Below are positions 50,130 through 63,478 of a stretch of 64,000 nucleotides of DNA, piece by piece (positions within the stretch are counted from its first letter, which is position 1; each line of letters opens with the position of its first letter). This stretch comes from Isurus oxyrinchus (Eukaryota), in assembly GCA_026770705.1 (NCBI GenBank), contig JANJGN010000001.1:76198001-76262000 (forward strand), given 5' to 3'. The position numbers were made by a program, and so were the translations under genes. A model generated the notes under the pieces. It searched no databases. It worked only from the letters and a program-made list of their open reading frames with translations, and had not been told where the DNA came from.

Positions 50130-51330
50130 GCACAAGAATCGACGGTCACAAATCAGAAGTGCAAACTGCTATTTCAAAAGAGCAAGCAGGTAGAGCAATG
50201 TTGTGGCAAACTTGTGGCAATCAGGTCACCATGCTTGCCAAGTTGCAAACGTATGCAATATTCATAAAACAAATGCACAATCTTTTGAAAGTAGGGTTGA
50301 GGTTTTAAACCATCAGCATTCAAGACCAAAACACTGCCAGAAACAGAAGAACAGCTTCAAAAGAGTCTTCCAATCACACTTCCATAAAGCAAGCCTGCTG
50401 TCTATTGTTGCACCTGCCCTGACGGGAGTGGGTGTGGTGATGTTGTGTTTATCAAAGTCACTGTAGTCAGTAGTTGAATACGATAGGCTATAGGACCATG
50501 TGGTATCCCATTCCTTGAGGAGATGGTTTGAAGCTCAGACCTCGCATTGTCCAGCTAAAATCTTTGCCATCCTAGCAGATAATTCACTGGGCACTAGATG
50601 ATTTTATTCATCACAGTCTCTAATGCCATCTGATACTAATATTTTTGTACGTTAATCCCATCTTCATCGCGAAAAGCTGTTACATATTGAGAAGAATTTG
50701 TAAAAGACAGATAGACATCAAGAAGACCAGAACACAATTTTAATGACATCATGATGCACTGGGCAAGCTCAGCACATGAACACATTGAAAAACTTTAAAG
50801 GGGAAACAGTGTAATAACTTATACAACTTCAAAAACAAGTAATCAAATCCCTGTGAATGTTCAAGTTTTTGTGTAGATATTGTATCCTTTCAATAACTGC
50901 AGGATTATACATTTCACCTGAACCTTTGAGAAGAGTGACTGCATATTTTCCAGAAGACTGGCAAGATTCTGTTCACAGTATCCCATTACCAGGAAAATGC
51001 TGAATAAGTGGTTTCCCACCACTACTACTTTTAGCTCCAAGGTATTAGGGCACCACGATTTAAGGAGCGAGTTAATCTCTCAAACGACTGATGGGGATTC
51101 CTATTTAACACACCCTTTATCAGTCATTAGCAAGTTGGACACCTTAAGGTTTCTGAATATTCATACTTGGCAGAATTACAACTTGCTCTTTTTCTTTTTA
51201 AATTATAAATATAAATGAAGACTAACCACGATTAATATCTTCTATGCCTGATCTGCTGGAAACTTTAGCACTGTGGCTAAATGTGGGGTGATTTCTTGGG
51301 GGTCTCTCAAAATATTCTGAGCGTGTCGGC
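50130..51330 (+). mobile_element. Possible highly decayed hAT (Charlie-like) transposase remnant
   Basis: Only faint motif echoes (e.g. CQVANVCNIHKTNAQSFES); no clear TIRs found. Confidence 0.25.
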
Positions 51331-51954
51331 AAACTGTCAACTGAAATGTTCTGTTTTTACAGCATTCTTCAGTTTATTTTGTAAAAATGAACTTATTCAA
51401 CAGTAAACTGTCTATTTTATTAGAATTTATCTAATAGAAGACTCGGAGACGGAGAAGAATTGACAAATCTCCAAGTATTGGCACCTGTGCTCTGACTCTT
51501 GCCTTGCTTATACTCTGTCGCCTGCCATTTCCGAACACAGCGACTGGACATTTAATAGACCTTTGTCTCATGGCCAACCTCCTGTAATCTCCTTTTATGC
51601 CAATAGTGCCCTATTCCTTTCAACCACTCAACAGATCTATTAAGATAAAGGCTAAGCACATTTGGATGTTGCTGCGCTGCCCCAGATTGCCAAAATTGCA
51701 CATTTCAGCACTGCATGAGCACTCGTGCAGCATTTTTTTTGCTCATGCAACTCAACTATTTTGTGAAAATTGCCAACTGCCAGCTAAACAAACCAAGTTA
51801 GCACCCCTCGTGCCACTGGAATTTTCAAGAAAATTTCGAGAGCAATCAGACCACTTGCACTCTGAAGGCTGATTCTGCTTTCACAGCTCTTCATAGAGCA
51901 GTACCATAGATCTAAACATATCGTCATTTGAGGCACCCAGAGAAAATAGGAACA

Positions 51955-53065
51955 AGCAACTTGCTTGAGTTTTTCGATGAAGCAACAGTGAGAGTTAATG
52001 ATGTTAAAGCAGTTGTTATTGTGTACATGGACTTTCAAAAGGCATTTGATAAAGTGCCACACAAAGGCTTGTCAACAAATATAAATCATATGTATTAAAA
52101 GGGACATTGGCAGCATGAATATAAAGCTGGCTGAGTGACAGAAAACAGTAGTGGTGAACAGTTGATTTTCAGACTTGAGGAAGGTATATAGTGGGGTTTC
52201 TAGAGGTTGGTATTAGGAAATAGGCAGGCTGGTGGAATGGTGGGCACGTGGAAGATGAAATGTAATGCAGAGAAGTTTGAAGTGATTTGTTTTGGTAGAA
52301 AAAATGAGAAAAGGCAATATAAAATAAAGTATGCAATTATAAAGGGGGTGCAGGAGGTGTTAGACCTGGAGTTATATATGTGAGAAAATTGTTCAAGGTG
52401 GCAGGACAAATTGAGAAAGCAGTTAATAAGTTATACACTAGGATGCTGGGCTTTATAAACAGAGCCACGGAGCTCAAAAGCACGGAAGTTATGGTGAACC
52501 TTTATAAAACACTGGCCGTGCTTCAAATGTTGTGTCTAATTCTGGGCAACAACACTTAAGGAAGGATGTGAAGGCATTAGAGAGGGTTCAAAAAAGCTTC
52601 ATAAGAATGGTTCTGAGAATGAGAGACTTCAAAGACATGGATAGATTGGAGAGGTTGGGGCTGTCCTCTTTAAAATAAAAGGTTGAGAGGAGATTTGATA
52701 GAGTTGTTCAAAATTATGAAGGTTCTGGACAGAGTAGATAGGGAGAAACTCTTCCTATTGGTGGAATGGACAAGAACCAGAGGGGACAGATTTAAGGTGG
52801 TTGGCAAAAGAAGCACTGGCAACATGACAAAAAACATTTTTATGCAGTGAGTGTTTAGAATCTGGAATGCACTGCCTGAGAATGTGGTGGAGGCAGATTC
52901 AGTTGTGACTTTCAGAAGGGAATTGGATCATTATCTGAAGAGGAAAAATAATCGCAGGGTGACAGGCAAAAGTGAGATACTGCGTGGGCTGTTCTTCAGA
53001 GAGCTGGCGTGGACACGACAGGTTGAATGGCTTTCTTCTGTGGTATAACCATTCTATGATTCTAA
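51955..53065 (+). mobile_element. CR1 LINE 3' part
   Basis: VYMDFQKAFDKVPH and RIWNALPENVVEADS motifs; CATTCTATGATTCT tail. Confidence 0.9.
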
Positions 53066-53764
53066 CTCAGCTACATTTAAAATTACTCAATCTTTTGCAG
53101 TAGTTTGGCTGATTTGATGCAAATTATGCTGATAGAGGAGCAGAAACTTTATGTCAATATTGGATTACTTAAAGAATCTACTTGGAGAAAGAAGAAATGT
53201 GATGAATGATATACTGAAGAAACTTCACTCGGGCTCCGAAGGAACATTTGAAAGCAAAAGGTTGACTAAAATAACTACTATAGAAAGAAATGAAGTGAAA
53301 TAGGAATTAATAGGAAAATAGGCATGACAGTTAAGATCAGAAGTTACTGAAGTATATGTTTGGATTTTAAACCTACACAGTCTTCCCTATTCATCTCTGA
53401 TGAAAGACCTGTACTCAAAAAGTTCACCCATCTTTTCAGTGTAAGCGATCTGTGTGTTTCCAGTATTTTCTGGCTTTTGTACCTGCAAAAGTTAAAATTC
53501 CTTTCCTGTTGTTTTCTCTGTTAGCTAGCTTTTGCTTTGTCCTCTGGGTTTGCCTGAATTACTTTGAATTTTTAATGTGTTTCTTGAAAATAGGATTTTA
53601 AAAATCTGGCTGCTCATGGCCTTTCTTGGGCCTTGATGGACCCTCTGAATTCTCTTATTTTGCAGTGAATGTAACATTCATCTCTTCAGACCTTCTAACC
53701 CGACTCACTGGGACTGTCTCATGATCTTGCAGGTTATATTGCCAGGTAACTAATCCTGCAAAAT

Positions 53765-54710
53765 TCACACCCTTGGCTTTGCTGTCATCTGCTAAAGCTG
53801 CTTACTATTCCCGGATCATCCTGGAATGCAAAGATAACTTCTTTTCTTGACTGAAATAGTCGTCTTAAACCCCTCCCCCTTGTCTCCTCCACCCTCACCT
53901 CCAATGATGTGTGTGGAGCTCACTGACTTCTTTGTCTTTGAGATTGAAACCATTGAATCAACGGGCTCTGCCACTTCCTTCCCTTCCTAAAGCCCACTGG
54001 CCGAACTTCCTCAAGTTCTCTACTGTCCTAGCCCTAAACTTGCATCTTTCTGTAGTTCCTCTCCAGTTCCCCTGATGCCTGCCTTCTCTGAGCTCAGCTT
54101 GTCCATGAGACCCACCTCCTGTTCTCTTGATGCTATTCCCACTAAACTGCTGATCACCCAACTTCCCCTCCTGGCCCCAGGTTAGCTGATATTGATAACT
54201 GTTATCTCTCTCTTTAGGTACTGCCCTTTTCTCCTTCAAAACTGGCATCGCCAACCCTCTGCTCAAAAAACCAAGCCTTGATCCCCAACATCCTTGCAAA
54301 TTGCCATCTCATCTTCAACTTCTCATTCTTCTCCAAAGTCCGAGAACATGTTGTTGCCTCCCAAATCCATGCCCATCTTTCCTGGAACTCCCATGTTTGA
54401 ACCCCTCCAATCAGGTACCCCTGTCACTGTACCGAAATGGCACTTACTAAACTCTCAAATTACACCGGATGTAACTGTGGCAAAAGTAAGCTGTCCCTTT
54501 TCAACTTGTCTGTAAGCGTTTGGTGGTTAACCACACCATTTTCCTAAAATACCTCTCCACTGTTATCCAGCTGCGTGGGACAGCACTGACCTGGTTCCAT
54601 TGTCATCTAATTGTACCCACTGTGCTGCCTGCAATGGCTTCCTTTCCCACTCATGCACCGTTAACCTCTGGTTCCCCCAAGGAATAATCCTTGGCCCCCT
54701 CTTATTTCTG
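53765..54710 (+). mobile_element. L2-type LINE RT fragment
   Basis: SCSLDAIPTKLL, PLLKKPSLDP, FEPLQSG and PQGIILGPLLF motifs. Confidence 0.8.
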
Positions 54711-56746
54711 AAGAAAAGAGTTGACTTTTCGAGTCCTCATGACCCTTCAACAGAACTGAGTGAATATAAGGAGAGGGGTGAAATATAAGCTGGTTTAAGG
54801 TGGGGGTGGGGTGGTGTGGTTGTAGGGACAAGCAAGCAGTGATAGGAGCAGATAATCAAAAGATGTCACAGACAAAAGAACACAGAGGTGTTGAAGGTGG
54901 TGATATTATCTAAACGAATGTGCTAATTAAAAATGGATGGTAGGGCACTCAAGGTACAGCTCTAGTGGGGGTGGGGTGGAAAGACTAGCAGGGCATAAAA
55001 GGTTTTTAAAATAATGGAAATAGGTGGGAAAAGAAAAATCTATATGAATTATTGGAAAAAACAAAAGGAGGAAGAAACAGAAAGGGGGTGGGGATGGAGG
55101 AGGGAGTTCAAGATCTAAAGTTGTTGAATTCAATATTCAGTCCAGAAGGCTGTGAAGTGCCTAGTCGGAAGATGAGGTGCTGTTCCTCCAGTTTGCGTTG
55201 GGCTTCACTGGAACAATGCAGCAAGCCAAGGACAGACATGTGGGCAAGAGAGCAGGGTGGAGTGTTAAAATGGCAAGCGACAGGGAGGTTTGGGTCATTC
55301 TTGCGGACAGACCGCAGGTGTTCTGCAAAGCGGTCGCCCGGTTTACGTTTGGTCTCTCCAATGTAGAGGAGACCACATTGGGAGCAACGAATGCAGTAGA
55401 CTAAGTTGGGGGAAATGCAAGTGAAATGCTGCTTCACTTGCAAGGAGTGTTTGGGCCCTTGGACGGTGAGGAGAGAGGAAGTGAAGGGCAGGTGTTGCAT
55501 CTTTTGCGTGGGCATGGGGTGGTGCCATAGGTGGGGCCCTCAACCGTGTCTGGCCCATCTCCCGTGCATCTGCCCTCACGCCTTCTCCTCCCTCCCAGAA
55601 ATTTAATAGGGTCCCCCTTGTCCTCACTTATCACCCCATCAGCCTTCACAGTCAAAGGATCATCCTCCGCCATTTCCGCCAATTCCAGCATGATGCCACC
55701 ACCAAACACATCTTCCCTTCACCACCCCCCCGGCGGCATTCCGTAGGGATCGTTCCCTTCAGGACACCCTGGTCCACTCCTCCATCACCCCCTACTCCTC
55801 AACCCCCACCTATGGCACCTCCCCATGCCCACACAAAAGATGCAACACCTGCCCCTTCACTTCCTCTCTCCTCACCGTCCAAGGGCCCAAACACTCCTTT
55901 CAAGTGAAGCAGAATTTCACTTGCATTTCCCCCAACTTAGTCTACTGCATACGTTGCGGTCTCCTCTACTTTGGAGAGACCAAACGTAAACTGGGCGACC
56001 GCTTTGCAGAACACCTGCGGTCTGTCCACAAGAATGACCCAAACCTCCCTGTCGCTTGCCATTTTAGCACTCCACCCTGGTCTCTTGCCCACATATCTGT
56101 CCTTGGCTTGCTGCATTGTTCAGTGAAGCCCAATGCAAACTGGAGGAACAGCTCCTCATCTTCCCACTAGGCACTTTACAGCCTTCTGGACTGAATATTG
56201 AATTCATCAACTTTAGATCTTGAACTCCCTCCTCCATCCCCACCCCCTTTCTGTTTCTTCCCCCTTCCTTTTGTTTTTTCCAATAATTTATATAGATTTT
56301 TCTTTTCCCACCTATTTCCATTATTTTTAAATCTTTTATGCCCTGCTAGTCTTTCCACCCCACCCCCACTAGAGCTGTACCTTGAGTGCTCTACCATCCA
56401 TTCTTAATTAGCACATTCGTTTAGATATCAACACCTTCAAAACCTCTGTGTTCTTTTGTTCTTTTGTCTGTGACATCTTTTGATTATCTGCTCCTATCAC
56501 TGCTTGCTTGCCCCTACAACCACCCCTCACTTCCCTCCCCCCACCCCACTGCACCCTGTCCCCCACCTTGCACCAGCTTATATTTCACCCCTCTCCTTAT
56601 ATTCACTCAGTTCTGTTGAAGGGTCATGAGGACTCGAAATGTCAACAACATCTTCACCTCCGATGCTGCCAGACCTGCTGAGTTTTTCCAGGTAATTTTG
56701 TTTTTGTTTTGGATTTTCAGCATCCGCAGTTTTTTGTTTTTATCTT
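54711..56746. mobile_element. Penelope element with inverted duplicated 3' portion (- 54711-55530, + 55531-56746)
   Basis: The GIY-YIG region (YCIRC..GLLY.GETKRK.GDRFAEHLRSV.KNDPNLPVACHF) and the pLTR are present on both strands. Confidence 0.92.
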
Positions 56747-57849
56747 AAGGTTATATCCTTGGCGGTTGGAAGGGTGAAAGTGATGTTTTCACAATAGTGG
56801 CAGGCAAAAGTTTTTGAAGAGTGAAACTATTTGGTCAGTTATCCTGTCACATAAATATACTGAACTCTATTACAAGATCTAACTACTTCTGAATAACTCC
56901 AGACATTTCGCTCTAACTAACTTACGCAGCATACCATCCCAGGTATTCATCACTTATTGCGTAACGAAGTGCATTCTGATATCGGGCCTGCAATTTGATT
57001 TTACTGTTATACTTATGTACCCTTATCTTGTGACAGTGGTTTAATCTGAAAGAGTACTCAAGGCTAACCTTTTTCCTTCCACTGAACATATTGCATGTTT
57101 TAAGATGTTCTCCCATTTTCCTCTTCCTAAAGTTGGATAATTTAAGTTTTTCCCTAGAATTCAGTTCCCTGACAGGAGGGATCACATGGGCTGCTTCTTA
57201 AAGCTTGGATTTTTCCTTTATGTTTCAAAGATCAGCTCTGTGCATAGTAATCAGGATGTCGCCTGACCAAAGTACTATGAAGGTTCAACATGGTGGCTTT
57301 AAACTCATTCTGTATGAATTTGGCAGTGTCATTCAACATAACTGTTTTGTTTATTGATTGTTGTGCTGGATGACAGGATGTGCTGAGCCTATCACTTGGA
57401 GACCTCTTGGCCTTTATCTAAGCATATTCATTAATTAATGCTGTTCATTAGGTGAATAACTTAGTAAGTAACTTTGCCACCTACCTTTTCTTTCAGTGTA
57501 TAAGACTTAGCACCTTGCCCTTGAATTTTAATTGCCACCCACTTGCAAACATTATCCAGGACCTTCTGTAAGACCTTGTCTGTGCCTTCGTAATTTACTG
57601 CAATCACCAGTAATTTTATTATTTTGCCAACTGTGTTCTGTAATTGCCCAGGTTTGTTTCTGACCTGACTTGAAAGTCGGTAAGGAAGTTGCATTTTCAA
57701 TTAAATCTGCAATGTGTTCACCATCATCATGAGGGAATTTTGGGACTTCAGAGCACCTGTGCTAATGTCAGTTGCCTCTCCCCAGGCTTGATGCTCATTT
57801 ATCAGCTTGGAAACCTGCTAGCCACTTTTTATAGTGTTCATAGTACATA

Positions 57850-58980
57850 TAATAGACTTAGTTCCTGCATCTAAAGCAGCATGCAACAGACAAAGCACTC
57901 CATTCTCTCCTGTCCACAGCCAATGTTCTCATGCCCATCCAGTGTCTGTTAACCAGCTGGAGATCTCTACTGACAGTATGGTGCCAGCTCTTGGGTTGCC
58001 CTCTTCTTCCACATTCAAAAGGAGCCCACTGCATGATGAAGTTGGGTGACATGGCCTAGCCAGCTGAGCTATCTTTTGCAGATGATGGATGAAATGGGAG
58101 GCTGTTCTGAGCATTTTTTAAATTCAGTTTTGGGTATAAAATCCCACCAGTGCATGCCTAGAATTCTTTAAAGATGTGTGGCATCAAAGGCATCCAGTTT
58201 CCTTTCTTGGCAGGTTTTTAGTTTTCAAGTTTCACAACTGAACAGGAAAGTCTAAAACACGTTTGCATTGTAGAACCTAAACTTTGTTATCGTGGAAAGC
58301 TTTTTACTGTTCCAATTCTTTTTCGGTTGTGAAAGCTGCTGATATTTTACCTTTTCTCACATTAACTCCTTTGTCTATTGCCTATGGCTCCCTGTATATT
58401 AATGGAACTACCCAGAGGGGTGACAGTATTTTACAATATCAACTTTGTTTTTATTGACTGAAACATCTGTTGTTTGGTTTCCCATTACCCTAATCTTTGT
58501 TTTCTTGGTGTTTATGGTGAGTCCCACTCTCTCAGCCTGATTGCTGATTGAGTTAATGAGCTGTTGCAACCCCCCCTGTATTGTCTGACAGGGCAGTGAT
58601 GTAATCAGCAAAGACCAAATTGGTAAGTTAACATAATTGATCCTTTTCAGTCCAAGGTTATCCTTGGTTGACTTCCTTAATACCCAGTCAATGGTGACAA
58701 CAAATAGAAGAGGGGAGAGGATGCAACCTTGCATGACCCTTGATAGCAATGGAACGAATCACTGTAGGCATCCTCTGCCCTCACACCATTTGGAATTCTC
58801 AAAGATCTTCTCAATAGTTGTAACCATCCTTGTTGGGATGTCATATGAAGAGAGAATTTTCCAGAGTGAAGGCCGATATAGAATATCAAAGGCTTTGGTG
58901 AAATCAATAATACTGATGGAAAAGGGGCTGGCGGGGGTACTTGATGCACTTGATAGTTCTCAACCACGCACCATAGTATA
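57850..58980 (-). mobile_element. Decayed RTE-clade LINE RT fragment
   Basis: VMQGCILSPLLFVVTIDWVLRK and VGLTINTKKTK motifs. Confidence 0.75.
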
Positions 58981-59149
58981 AAAATTTGTAAGTACAGTAC
59001 ATCCACCAGTTCCCCTTTATCCGTAGCACATGTGACTCTTTCAAAGGAACTGGAATAATGAGAGGATAATGGGAGAATGGACGGGTTGGTGACAAAAGAT
59101 GCTCGGTGAAATCTCCTAGAAGCATATAATTAGCAACTAGGAACCTGGT

Positions 59150-59595
59150 ATAGAATCATAGAATAGCTTAAGCACAAAAGGTGACCATTAGGCCCATTGT
59201 CTCCTTGCCAGCAGAGTGCAAGAGCAACTCACCTCGTTCCACTTTCCCACCTTTTCCCTATGGGCCTTCAGTTTTTTTTCCTTTCAGGTAATTATCCAAT
59301 TCCCTTTTCAAAGCCACAATTGAATCTGCCTCCACCAGACACTCGGGCAGCATATTCTAGATTCTAACTACTCGCTGCATAAAAATGCTTTTCCTTGTGC
59401 TGCCTTTGGTTCCCTCGCCATTTACCTTAAATCTATGTCCTCTGGTTTTTGACCCTTCTGCCAATGGGAACAGTTTCTCCTTATCTACTCTTTCCAGAAT
59501 CCATATGATTTTGGACACTTTATCAAATCTCCTCTTAATGTTCACTTCTCAAAGGAGAACAGCCCTAGCTTCTCCAATCTATCCACATAATTGAA
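59150..59595 (-). mobile_element. CR1 3' tail
   Basis: RVDKEKLFPLAEGSKTRGHRFKV; ATAGAATC-repeat tail. Confidence 0.88.
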
Positions 59596-59697
59596 ATACA
59601 ACAAAACAGCTAGAAATTCAATTTGTTTAATGGTTTACATAACTTTTAAATGTAACAATTTTGATTGGGAAAGGGAAGTAATTAGAATTGCAGAGTC

Positions 59698-60751
59698 TGT
59701 TACAATCTGGTTAGGGACCAGTAACTTTTTGTTTGAAGTAGACAAAGTTTGAAATCCCAAGTACTTGCTAAGAGAATAAAGCCACAAGATTCCACGGTTT
59801 TGAATAAACAAAATAAACATTACTTATACAAAGTCAGCAAAGTAAAACAATCTACAATATCTATCTTATACTCTAGCATTCAGAATTGGCATGAGGCAAA
59901 TGTGATTTAACAGGCAAGCTGTGGTCGAACACACACTCTGCATACTAAATGGCAGATGCAACCAAGATAGATACCACCGATTTTTCAGCAACCCACCCAG
60001 ATATTAGTAACTATTTTGAGTCACAATATTTTGTTAAAATTCTGTCTCCCTCATGAGGGATTTCAACTTTTCACTGTCAAAGATTTAGCCTCTGTATTCC
60101 CTCAAAAGCTGCTCCGACTCAGAATGCCACAATGACTGCTCACCTCCTGATAGTTCATTCTCCTCCTGAGACTGTGTTCCATGGGATTCACAAAGCTGCT
60201 CTCCTGCCTCTAATTAATTACTGGCTCATTTCCAACTCTTTTGCAGACCACTAGCTTCACTAAGCTGGTTTCTTGGAACTCCAGTCTCCTGGCTGCACCA
60301 AGTTATAAATAGCTCCCAGGACTTCTCTCTAAGCTGCTAATCACACAAGGTCCGAACTGCAACCAATTCTGTCTCCCAGCAAGCACATAGATAAATTGAA
60401 ACCAGAGAATCGCCTTAAGCTCCACCCATCTCCGTGACGGCATAGCCTTTCAGGGTTCATTGAATGCTTTTAAACTAATTTAGCTCTAACTTCTGGGAAA
60501 AAAAATCTCTTTGGACTGTGCTTCAGTTCTTCACCTAAGTAAGCCCACCTGCTGTTTTATGGCTCCCTCTCTTTTCCATTCTGACTATTAAACAAACATG
60601 TGTATCCTTCTGGACTGCCATTTCCCTTTAGGTGTTAAGGCAATCTCTAAACCCAGTTTTTTAGTTACCTTATCTTCACAACAACAGGCTTCCATAACTA
60701 TACATTACCTCCAAAATATTAACATGAACCATGAGCTAGATATTTGTCACA
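59698..60751 (-). mobile_element. Solo LTR (1054 bp)
   Basis: TGTTACA...TGTCACA termini; flanks AGTC and AGTT (4-bp TSD, one mismatch). Confidence 0.75.
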
Positions 60752-60824
60752 AGTTCAAAACTTAATATCAGAATCTATATATACTTCAAAGTCCTGGAAA
60801 ATGCAACAAAAAGTGTGAAAAAGA

Positions 60825-61130
60825 GTATTTTCTCGGGTGGCGAGGATAGCAAGGCCAACATTTATTGCCCACCCTAATTGCCCTCGACAATGGTGGTGGG
60901 CTTCCTCCTCGAATAACTGCGGTCTGTGTGATGAAAGAACTCCCACTGCAATGAGAGGTAGGGAGTTCCAGGACTTTGACCCAGCGGTGTCGAGGGATTA
61001 GCGATATATTTCCAAGGCTGCATGGTGTGCGACTTGGAGGGGAACTTCAGAAGTGGTGGTGTTCTCATGCGCTTGATGCCTTTGTCCTTCTAGGTAGTTG
61101 AGATTGAGGGTTTGGGAGGCGCTGTTGAAG
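60825..61130 (-). mobile_element. Second CR1-clade family 3' tail
   Basis: Reverse complement of the tail seen at about 15220-15510. Confidence 0.8.
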
Positions 61131-61573
61131 AAAATGTCCCATATCATAAATATATAAATCCACTGCTGCAAAATTACACATTTGTGTACTTCAGTTTTCC
61201 CCTTTTAACAAGTTCATGCTCCACTTTACACCTATTGTAATATTGTAATTAATTCTTTTCACATGTTACAACTTGAGGGCATTAAATTTAAACTTTCACA
61301 GAAATACATTGACATGTGAACATGAGCCAAAGCACATGTAAAATATTTGAAATCCAATATAATAAACTGAATTTAACTTATTTAGTTGCTCTGAATTTGT
61401 GGTCTTGACCATAGAATTTATTCAGCGCTGCTCTTCAGTTGTACGTAGTTTTGAGTTGTCAGATTTTTAAAAATTGTGAGCTTTTCTGAGTTTTATAACT
61501 TGACATGCATTTATTGTTTTACAAATCCTTTCTTCAATCTGGGTGTGATGGTCTTTGGTATGTATTTATACTC

Positions 61574-63478
61574 AACAAAAACAAAATTACCTGGAAAAAC
61601 TTAGCAGGTCTGGCAGCATCGGCGGAGAAGAAAAGAGCTGACGTTTCGAGTCCTCACCACCCTTCCACTGAACTGAGTGAATATAAGGAGAGGGGTGAAA
61701 TATAAGCTGGTTTAAGGGTGGTGGGGGGGGTGGTGGGGGGGGTGGGGGGAGGGGGGGGGGGAGGGGGGGGGCGGTGGTGTGGTTGTAGGGACAAGCAAGC
61801 AGTGATAGGAGCAGATAATCAAAAGATGTCACGGACAAAAGAACAAAAGAACACGGAGGTGTCTAAACGAATGTGCTAATTAAGAATGGATGGTAGGGCA
61901 CTCAAGGAACAGCTCTAGTGGGGGTGGGGTGGAAAGACTAGCAGGGCATAAAAGATTTAAAAATAATAGAAATAGGTGGGAAAAGAAAAATCTATATAAA
62001 TTATTGGAAAAAACAAAAGGAAGGGGGAAGAAACAGAAAGGGGGTGGGGATGGAGGAGGGAGTTCAAGATCTAAAGTTGTTGAATTCAATAGTCAGTCCA
62101 GAAGGCTGTGAAGTGCCTAGTCGGAAGATGAGGTGCTGTTCCTCCAGTTTGCGTTGGGCTTCACTGGAACAATGCAGCAAGCCAAGGACAGACATGGGCA
62201 AGAGACCAGGGTGGAGTATTAAAATGGCAAGCGACAGGGAGGTTTGGGTCATTCTTGCGGTCAGACTTCAGGTGTTCTGCAAAGCGGTCACCCAGTTTAC
62301 GTTTGGTCTCTCCACTGTAGAGGAGACCGCATTGGGAGCAATGATTGCAGTAGACTAAGTTGGGGGAAATGCAAGTGAAATGCTGCTTCACTTGAAATGA
62401 GTGTTTGGGCCCTTGGACGGTGAGGAGAGAGGAAGTGAAGGGGCAGGTGTTGCATCTTTTACATGGGCATGGGGAGGTGCCATAGGTAGGGGTTGAGGAG
62501 TAGGGGGTGATGGAGGAGTGGACCAGGGTGTCCCAGAGGAAATGATCCCTATGGAATGCTGCCGGGGGCGGTGGGGGTGGGGGGTGGGGGGGTGGGGGGG
62601 GGGTGAAGGGAAGATGTGTTTGGTGGTGGAGTTGGTGGAAATGGCGGAGGATGATCCTTTGAATGCGAAGGCTGGTGGGGTGATAAGTGAGGACAAGGGG
62701 GACCCTATTAAGTTTCTGGGAGGGAGGAGAAGGCATGAGGGCGGATGCGCGGGAGATGGGCTGGACACAGTTGAGGGCCCTGTCAACGACCGTGGGTGGA
62801 AAACCTCAGTTAAGGAAAAAGGAGGACATGTCAGAGGAACTGTTTTTGAAGGTAGCATCATCAGAACAGAAGCGAAGGAACTGAGAGAATGGGATGGAGT
62901 CCTTACAGGAAGCGGGGTGCGAGGAGCTGTAGTCAAGGTAGCTGTGGGAGTCGGTAGGCTTGTAATGGATATTGGTGGACAGTCTATCACCAGAGATTGA
63001 GACAGAGAGGTCAAGGAAGGGAAGGGAAGTGTCAGAGATGGACCATGTGAAAATGATGGAGGGATGGAGATTGGAAGCAAAACTAATAAATTTTTCCAAG
63101 TCCTGATGAGAGCATGAAGCAGCACCGAAGTAATCATCGATGTACTGGAGAAAGAGTTGTGGAAGGGGGCCGGAGTAGGATTGGAACAAGGAATGTTCCA
63201 CATACCCCATAAAAAGACAGGCATAGCTGGGGCCCATGCAGGTACCCATAGCCACACCTTTTATTGGGAGGAAGTGAGAGGAGTTGAAGGAGAAATTGTT
63301 CAACGTGAGAACAAGTTCAGCCAGACGGAGGAGAGTAGTGGTGGATGGGGATTGTTCGGGCCTCTGTTCGAGGAAGAAGCTAAGGGCCCTCAGACCATCC
63401 TGGTGGGGGATGAAGGTGTAGAGGGATTGGACGTCCATGGTGAAGTGGAAGTGGTTGGGGCCAGGGAACTGGAAAAAA
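61574..63478 (-). mobile_element. Young 5'-truncated Penelope element (RT, GIY-YIG, pLTR)
   Basis: 210-aa ORF MDVQSLYTFIP...GVAMGTCMGPSYACLFM...QYIDD...FLDLSVSISGDRLSTNIHYKPTD; GIY-YIG YCNHCSQCGLLYSGETKRKLGDRFAEHL. Confidence 0.95.

Noticed and set aside
61716-61780. G-rich tracts as special G-quadruplex elements (also 62566-62603 and the C-tract at 40538-40605)
   Set aside because: Hypervariable homopolymer tracts at fixed positions of the Penelope family; lengths may also be assembly-sensitive.
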